This document shows positions 55,512 through 64,000 of a DNA stretch of 64,000 nucleotides, in pieces (position 1 is the stretch's first letter; every line of letters starts with the position of its first letter). The notes below the pieces were generated by a model. The model did not search any database. It was given only the letters and a program-made list of their open reading frames with translations, and had not been told where the DNA came from. The position numbers and the translations under genes are program-made. The stretch comes from Bigelowiella natans CCMP2755. Its lineage: Eukaryota; Protista; Cercozoa. The stretch is taken from the NCBI GenBank assembly GCA_000320545.1, contig ADNK01001701.1, forward strand, positions 62,001 to 126,000, in the 5' to 3' direction.

Positions 55512-55923
55512 TTAATACCCGAAAAGAAGAGTGAGATTTATTCTTCGGTTTTTATATCCCTGTTAACAAAAGTCATAGCAATTAATGACATTCATAAGAA
55601 CTCAAAAAGTCGTCTGAATTTTTGGCGTAAGTATGACAATTTATATTTATGATAAGATTACTACTCTTCGCTTATACTACATTCTTCACCTTTTTGAATA
55701 AGAAATCATCAGTTTTATGCCAGAAGAACGAATTAAAAATAACAGCTCTATTTTGTCTGTATGCTATTCGAACGGCGTCATTTTCGAGTAGTCTAATAAT
55801 ATGTGTGGGGAAAATTATTGTCAGCTTGATATATGCATGCTTGCTTCATCCAAAATAAACAACTCAAAAAGTCATTCAAAAGATACAACAACGAATGCTA
55901 TGCTATGATTTTGGTGACCAAAC

Positions 55924-55974
<51 letters not shown>

Positions 55975-56365
55975 CATGAAACGGAGTTTCTTAGGCGTTC
56001 ATTTATAGACATTATTGTTTAGTAGTAGATAAGTATACGTGTTAAATTGTAATGGAAAGGGTTATAGCGTAAGTGGAAACTTTTTACCTTTCAAATTTTG
56101 CTTGATTTGTGTAGTGATTAAAGGATTTGTAATCCCAGCTAGGATCCTGATGAAAATTATTTAAATTACAAATTTTGATATGTAATAATAAACTGCGAAA
56201 AGTAAATAAATATGTCAATATGTTTTTGACGACGTAAACTATCAAATCTTTTATTCTCCGCATCGCTCAGCAAATCAATTCATAATTTATCACTAAATTC
56301 TGCAGTCAAACCGGAAATCGGCGATATACAACTAATCCTCCAGAGTCCTTGTCTACATATAAAAT

Positions 56366-56402
<37 letters not shown>

Positions 56403-56406
56403 AACA

Positions 56407-56449
<43 letters not shown>

Positions 56450-59400
56450 ACAAAAATGATATAAATTCTATAAACATGGAATTAATTGGTACACCATCAA
56501 GTAATTTTTACGACTTATTTACTTACTCACAGACACAATATACTCGTAAAATTTAAAAGAGAGTAACATATATATTATATATTATTCCTAAATCTACCTA
56601 AATTTGCTGAATCTGGGGTAAGCCATATATTGACATTCACTGCAGCATCGTCGCCGTGCTAACATCGTCCAAAGATATAAAATTCATGAAATGAATTCTT
56701 TTGCGGAATGTGCCTTCCTATTTCCCCTTCTCCCCTCTTCTAATCCTTTGGTGTTTTGTAAAGTCTACTACCATTTTTATTCCTTCTAGATCCGCATTAT
56801 ATTTGTATCTAAGGAAGTATGGTGATTTTGAAGTTTATATTCTTAAAATTGTATTATTATTATTCTTGTTATTATAATTATAATTTCTTTATGCATGTCG
56901 TTTTTATTTTACAATCTCCTCCTTCTTTTATTCTATTATTAATATATTTGGTTAACAAACAAATAGTAGGGGATAAAATTCCGGTGAATACTGGATTGCG
57001 TAATAGAATTTTACTATATATGTTACAATCTTTTGCGAATTTTAATTTTGTAAATTATATTTGAGGCGCATCTTCAAAAAAAGTGAAATCTTCTTTATTT
57101 CTACTAATATTACGCCCAAAGCTGCATTAAGTAATGATTTTTAAAGATCTGATTAAAATATGAAAGAAAGATTGTTAAAATTATCTTCAAACTATTTTCT
57201 TATCTTTTAATTTAGACATTGCAGAGGTTGATTTGGAATATGTTGATTTGGTCAAAAAGTATAGGAATAAATAGTTGAAACTGTACTAATCAAATGTATA
57301 ACGGTACATTATAATTTTGATGGGCAAAAAATAAAATACTGTGCGAAATATTCACAAATTCTTATACCTCAGGTAAAGCATGGCGTAATTTTACTGCGAT
57401 TTCGAGAAAGACAGGATGATGAAAGCCATCATTTAGATATGCTCCGAGGTAACTTTAAAGAAAGTAATAATATTTCATCGCTCAAATTATTTGTGACTAA
57501 TTTAACATCAGCGATTACTATCTAAGAAAATCCAATATTCTCTCGCATAATTATTAGATCTATTTCCTTGTTTTATATTAATGCATCACCAGGGAATCAA
57601 TTAGTTCTACATGTTTTGAAACTCTACCCCCATGGTTTGACATTGTGAAAGTACGCTCCTTCTGTACATAATCTGATTTAGTGAGGAAAAGAACAGAAGC
57701 AGAGGTAACGACTATAAAACACTGTAATTTGATTGATTACAATGGTGATCATGATGACACTAATGATAAATAACTATTTTACAGTTAGAAGCAATATTCA
57801 TTATTAATAATGTAAATGTTAAGAATAATAATAGGTAAATTTTAATGCAAAATAAGATTAACAGGAATCGGTTAGTTCATACCTGTAAGCGTAGTTCAGA
57901 ATGTTTTTATCAAGAATATCATCCACATACATTATTTGCTCCTTTTGATACATTCTAGAGGAATTTGCAAAACAAACATCATAGCCACAATAGATTCTCC
58001 GGAAATTTTAAGTGTAACTACCAGTAGGAAGAAAGAAGAAAGGTATAAGAGATTTGGAAATAGAAATACTTATTACTTAATGAATATTTTGAGCATTACG
58101 GAATGACAATCAAGCTTATATTATCTTGAATTGATAGGATAGCTTTAATATGTAATACTACCGTTGATACTTCTTGCGATCAAGATGCAAATTGATAATC
58201 TATTAAAATATTGGAAGCAATGTTTAATTGGCGAGATTATAGAATTGTTGAAGAAAAGGGAGAATAGTAGAGTGAAGGCGATTAAAAGTCATACATTTCC
58301 AGAAAAGAAGATTCAAAGGAGAGAAATTGGTGAGCATTAAGATAAAGTACAACTCTAAAGTACAAATAACTATACCGGAGGGTGAATAGGCGGCAGCTTT
58401 GGCACATACCAATTGCGTTTGAAAACCTGAGCAATCCATTAACTGTAACTAAAGTGTCGAAGAACACGGCTGCGACAAACTAAATGAACTAACATCTTGG
58501 AAAAATGGGTGGATCTGGCAAAAGAATCAATATTTTCTTTCGTTTAGATTTGCCTTTTTCCCGAGGACTTTAAGAAAGTTGGTATCCACAATAAACTCAT
58601 AGGCTGCTGCTACAAATTAGATAGTTAATTAGCTATTATTAAATGTCATCAAAGAGACGATAGGTAAAGGAGGAATAGAAAAGCAGAGAAGCCCAAAAAT
58701 AAGGTATAATAATGACGATATTATGGGATAGAAAATTTGATTTATAGCACTGTGATCACGATTACGTAATCACCATCATTATCCTTTTCCTTCTCAGCCG
58801 GTGCTAATGCCCTATGGACAGCTGCATATGCCTAAGAATGAGATAGACCTTAATCATAAATGCATACGTAATACGTATTTGATACGATCTATCTATTGTA
58901 CATCGACACATATTATTCTTTCTATTTTACTGTTGAGTGTTTATATCCTTCATTAACTGTGCATGCAAAGTCCATGCATCTAACTAACTGGTATATGAAA
59001 ACATCATGAGAATGCAAATTTATGATAAGATGAGGAAATTCATTGAATGACGAAGGGTGATGAAGGAACATAATAATCGCAACCTGGGTATATCTTGGCA
59101 AAATGTGTTTTGCCTAGATATTGATTGAGTCATTCATTGATCGTCGATTGACATGAAACAATATTACATATTGTCAATCCAATAAATGTAAGTAGGCATT
59201 AGGAGGAAGTGTCAAAGCAAAGCACGTAATGATAATCTTGGTTGGTATAGAGCATCACATTTCACACCTTTTTGATATCAAGTTGTGTCGCCAAATGTTT
59301 AATATGCTCCAGATCATGTTGCATCTTATGTCTTAAAACACCGGATCGATCACACGAACCCCTCTCATATCTTACAGGACAATCGATGAAGAAGTAAAGA

Positions 59401-61557
59401 TAGGAAATATGTAATAACATATATCTGCTGATATTATGAATATATTTGACGTCATTTCCATCTTACCATAATTACATTATTTCTTTACAATAATTTTTGT
59501 CGTTGTTTGTTTCTCTAACTATCCAAAAATATATATCACCTGTATATTATACTTGACTATGATGTCCTCATCATGTATCATAACCACATTATTACCTATC
59601 GTATCATTACCTGAACTGTAGACACTCCTTCGGGCTCTAATCATTCGTACAAATACAAACTTATGCTATTAAAAATGCGAAAAAGAATTAACATGATCAC
59701 TTGTCAAACCGGAAACACAACCACAATCATTGCTTACTTTATTTAGAAATAATTATAATCAATCATAATAGCATATCGTGTGCCACCCAGGATTTTTTTC
59801 ATTACCATCGTATGCGATAATTTGAAAGAGAACTTCCAGAATCTCTTCGCACCACCTATATTTTCCTAATGAGTCATGGTCAATACGACCATGGGCAGTA
59901 TTATCATCAATACCGCTACATGTTGTGTGGGAAGAAAATTTAAGTCCAATCCGATGTTGCAAATACAGCGGAGCAGGAAAATTATAAGAACAATAAAAAT
60001 TAAAACTCTTTGGACCACAATAATTACCAGAGCCAGTAGAATGAGGCCCATTTTATGATGCATGTCCAAGTGATGAGGGAACAATCGTAGACCCTGAGAA
60101 CATAAAGTACGTTTGAAAATGAATGCGAGAAAAAAAAACCACAAAGATAGTGTATCTATTTCGAAAGCCAGACGGAAACATATTGTCATGGTTTAGAAAC
60201 AAACCTTTTTGAGCAATTTTCTTGTATCCCTCAAAACTGAAGTCGCAGTACGATGACGATGGTCATAAACATGATCCAAATGAGCTTCTGCGTCATGGAA
60301 AAATCGTAGGCCTTGATCCTTGGACAACAGATTATGCAACAAATATAAATTATTTTTATAAATGCAAGTGCGCATGTGCGTGTGTTTCAAACATATGCTG
60401 AAACGAGAGCTTTCTTTTCAGCACTATCTAATCGTATATTCGTCATTGATTGTCAACAAAATACCACCAAAATTAATACAAATAATTAGTACTAAATGAC
60501 CGACGACTTCCACCACCACTACTACTACTACCACAACCACAACCACAACGACAAAGGATAAGTTACTACAAAAGCAATCCATATTGTTATCACCAACATA
60601 TTACTGTGACCATCAATCACCTCCTTATCGTATTTTCACTGTTATATTCAAAATTACTAATACCATCATCTCATAATCATCTCATCACCATCAGCACCGT
60701 TATTGTTCATCTCTTCCATATTCACATTCTGATCGCTCTTATTTATATCTAAAATTTGGGTTACTTTCAGTCTATGTCCTAACGATTCGTTTTCAGGTGA
60801 AGAAGATTTCGCTAAAGCAGCCCTCAATATTCTGTAACTCGTCATCATCCACATCCCAAGCATTTCATAAGTAAATATCAGAAAGAAAACCACTGCCTAC
60901 CACAACATTTACCCAGCTTATAATTTATTGTGTGCAAGAACAAGTAACAACCATTTATTAGTGTGAGGCGTATTGTAGTTTCTTATAAAGGTTATTGCGT
61001 CTTTACGGATTGCTAGGAATGTCCTTTGCCGCTCGCCTAGTAATATATTTCAGCAGTTAAAAATAAAGACAATTAAATGTGAACGTCCAAATGAGTAAAA
61101 GGAGATAGTAAAGCAGAAGTCGTCTATACTCGCAGCAGCAGCAGCAAAATGTATGATTCGGGTTAAATATCTCTCCCTCCTACTCATTTTTCCTCTACTA
61201 AAGTCTTACTTCATATATCTCATCGCAATCTTTTGACGACCCAAGTGTGAGTAAGCAATCCTTATAAATGAATAAATAAATAATATTGCTGATGTTGAAA
61301 TGGTGAAAGATTGTGATTAACATGCTTTTGTTGGCTGATAATTGCTTGACTTATAACATGCGATAGATAAAAATGGATAGTCCAACTGATCTCATAATTT
61401 TAGTAGTAGTAGCACGATCAATAACTACCCAGTATGCATTCTTAAAAGCCCTGCTGATGTTGCTGTAGAACCATTCTGCTGTCAAATATTGAGTTGAATG
61501 AAAGTATTGACTTCGTTGGAAGAAGGCTGCAGACATTTGTGACGACGACGACGATGG

Positions 61558-61589
<32 letters not shown>

Positions 61590-61846
61590 GTGAAGAAAAC
61601 ACGATGTTTACCTGAATAATGAACGATCTTAATATAAAAGATAAAGAATATTATGAGCTTTTTTGTAGGCAAAAAAAATTGCGAATAACCAATCGGAAAA
61701 TACGATAACGCTGAAATTAGCGATCGTACCGTATTGCTCCTTATATTTGTTAAATGGTTTAGTGCCTTTTTGAAGTAATAAACAGCTCGCTTCGGATCAA
61801 ATACAGGTGGATCAGCATGTAGAAGACCCAATTCCCTTTCAACCGA

Positions 61847-61887
<41 letters not shown>

Positions 61888-62217
61888 GGGGGGGAGGGGG
61901 GGGGGTTGGAGAGAGGAGAGAGAGAAAGGCAAAAGAAAATAATTCGTAAATGCACATATGTATGTGTTAATGTATATCACCTGTAGGCTTGCCATATTCC
62001 CTGATCAGCAGCGAGAAGTTTGTTTACCTCTTCGTTTTTCATTCCTTCACCGTCCCGTTTTATTATCTCTTCTTTAAAAATCTAAGATTGAGCAGAATGA
62101 GAAAAGCCAAAGAAAAATGAGGAAGACCAGTATTGAAGTAATAATAGAGATGAATGTGCATTTATGATATTATAATTCATGGAACAAATACCGATTTCAG
62201 ATACTCTCTACAATATT

Positions 62218-62262
<45 letters not shown>

Positions 62263-62312
62263 CCAAACATTACTTAACATATTTACTCAACCAATATTTG
62301 GATTTGATATAC

Positions 62313-62354
<42 letters not shown>

Positions 62355-62368
62355 TATATATATATCTC

Positions 62369-62402
<34 letters not shown>

Positions 62403-63550
62403 TTGAATTCTGGCAGCATCAAAATTCCGCTCACAAATACAATTACTGGTAGTGTCATGAAATCTACCCTGACTGCAGTTTGCAGGGTGTTGTTGATGCG
62501 GGTCGGCCTAGAAAGCTCATGTTCACGCCACATTCTTCCAAGACGCAAGAGTGTCTACAAAGTATAGTATTATATTTCAATATTTAACATTTTCATTTTC
62601 ATCGCAGATTTATTCGTCGTCTTCCTTCTCTCGTTTTCGATTAAATCTCTTATTGTACAGAATTTGGTACTCACAAAGGGACACTGCTCTTTAATGCCTT
62701 GATTGGTTTTAATTGCTCTTTCGATTGCTTCTATAGCTTCTGTAAAGTTGAACAACTAGTGAATGAATTTTAATGATGTATTGCACAGTAAGGGAAGCAA
62801 GGACGATTACGTTTTTCGTCGCCCATCAGATCCAAGGCAACTGCCATTTTACTCCAAAGAGAAGGTTTATTTTTTGGGTAACAATATAGGAGGCTGCCGT
62901 ATATCTCAACAGCCTTTGCAGCTAACATTCCCACTACGATGATCAAAGAGCATATGTAAATAAACGGTTCAAAACTATCTATAAATAGGACCGTGTTTAG
63001 ATGCGATTATTATCTAAAAGAAAGAAGTTCAGGGAACAAGAGTCATAGGATGGAGAGTCGTCACCATGAAAACTTGAAGGAGAAGGTGAAGGAGGAGTAA
63101 GAAACCCGCCTTCATATGCCAAATTAAGTAGTTGACGTAGGTGAAAGATGTCTTCTTCTTCGTCCAGATTAAAATGTTGCTTATCTAAGATCCTAATCTC
63201 ATTGTTAAATTCCTTTGATCCTTTGATAATCGCTTGATTCAGCTTGCACCATCGCTCCCGTTGAGGGTTGTCTTGTTCAGGCGGTGATGATGATATAAAT
63301 GATGAAACCAACGATGGCGAGCGTGTGTTTGATAAAGGTTGAATCGGGGACACCTTGCGGGCTATGCCTGTGTGTTGTAAAAGCTTTAACTTGACTGGGA
63401 TAAAAAACAAGTACGTGGAAAAGCTGTTTATCATGGCCAATGAGATAAGTGCAAATTGGTATTGCCTGGAAGTCCCTGTGCCCCAGTTTGGATGTGAAGG
63501 AGAAGAGCTCTGAATACAATGAAGACGATGGCTTTATACGTTATAGTCAT
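55512..63550 (-). CDS. TPR-like protein with C-terminal 2OG-Fe(II) oxygenase-like domain (many exons)
   Basis: Spliced C-terminus YVDDIL..YLGAYLNDGFHHPVFLEIAVKLRHALPE..HGDDAAVNVNIWLTPDSANLDKDSGGLVVY..YRQNRAVIFNSFFWHKTDDFLFKKGYKNRRINLTLLFG (HxD...H...R). Start tentative: signal-like MTITYKAIVFIVF with a GC-AG first intron. Confidence 0.75.
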
Positions 63551-64000
63551 CTTTGGCACTCACGGCAGTAGTATCATTCACACGTAAACTTCATGCAAGA
63601 ATGGAGTAATCCGATTGATGATGATGAGAGAAAGAACGGGAAGAAGCCCTTCCACTGCCTTTCCCTTTAGGTCCTTCTCTGTGCCTTTTTCCGTGTCTTA
63701 GGGTCTGTAATGTCCTACATTTTGGTCCTCCATCATAGCTCATAATTTTCATTTTTTTTTTCAACGATCCCAACTATTATTTCAGTAGTTTTTAGCTGTA
63801 CAAAATTCAATCGTAGAGTACAGAATTACTGCTAGAAAGTGTTGTTCATGTTGCTAATACATATTTAACATGTCTATAATTCTTAGAAATATTTGGTGTA
63901 TCAAAATATCTCTTGCGTGACTTAACCTAGATGCGAACTGGGATGCGAACTTTTTGCCAGTAGGGCCTAAGACTTCTCCCCCTCCTCAAGAAACCTTATG

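Noticed and set aside
55512-63550. 2OG oxygenase or LIG4 as the enzyme behind the TpA erasure
   Set aside because: Only proximity supports it; no TET/JBP/AlkB-specific features were seen and the oxygenase has a signal-like N-terminus.
1-64000. tRNA or rRNA genes
   Set aside because: None recognised by eye; a covariance-model scan would be needed to exclude small ncRNAs.

Overview
Gene-dense, intron-rich eukaryotic nuclear DNA from a protist or alga. The microsatellite-filled introns and low-complexity proteins suggest a chlorarachniophyte such as Bigelowiella; this is inference only. I reconstructed 14 host genes by hand-splicing: Gemin2-like, LIG4, GH3 beta-glucosidase, HIG1/ENOD93-like, nucleotide-sugar-transporter/GT61 fusion, membrane hypothetical, TPR protein, low-complexity hypothetical, pseudokinase-Sel1, ATX1, THH1/TOM1-like 7TM, 2-TM channel-like, NAD kinase and TPR/2OG-Fe(II) oxygenase. 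After the first pair they alternate head-to-head and tail-to-tail. There is also one full-length hAT transposon (26260-29769, 8-bp TSD TTCCAGAC). The standout signal is a RIP-like but reversed hypermutation. Across about 4.8 kb spanning the transposon, TpA is absent except in CTAG, and the transposase motifs, TIRs and palindromes indicate TA->TG/CA/CG changes (A:T->G:C). The same TpA-poor, CTAG-rich signature recurs as islands downstream of gene 3' ends, but not in genes or divergent promoters. All counts and splice models were made by eye.
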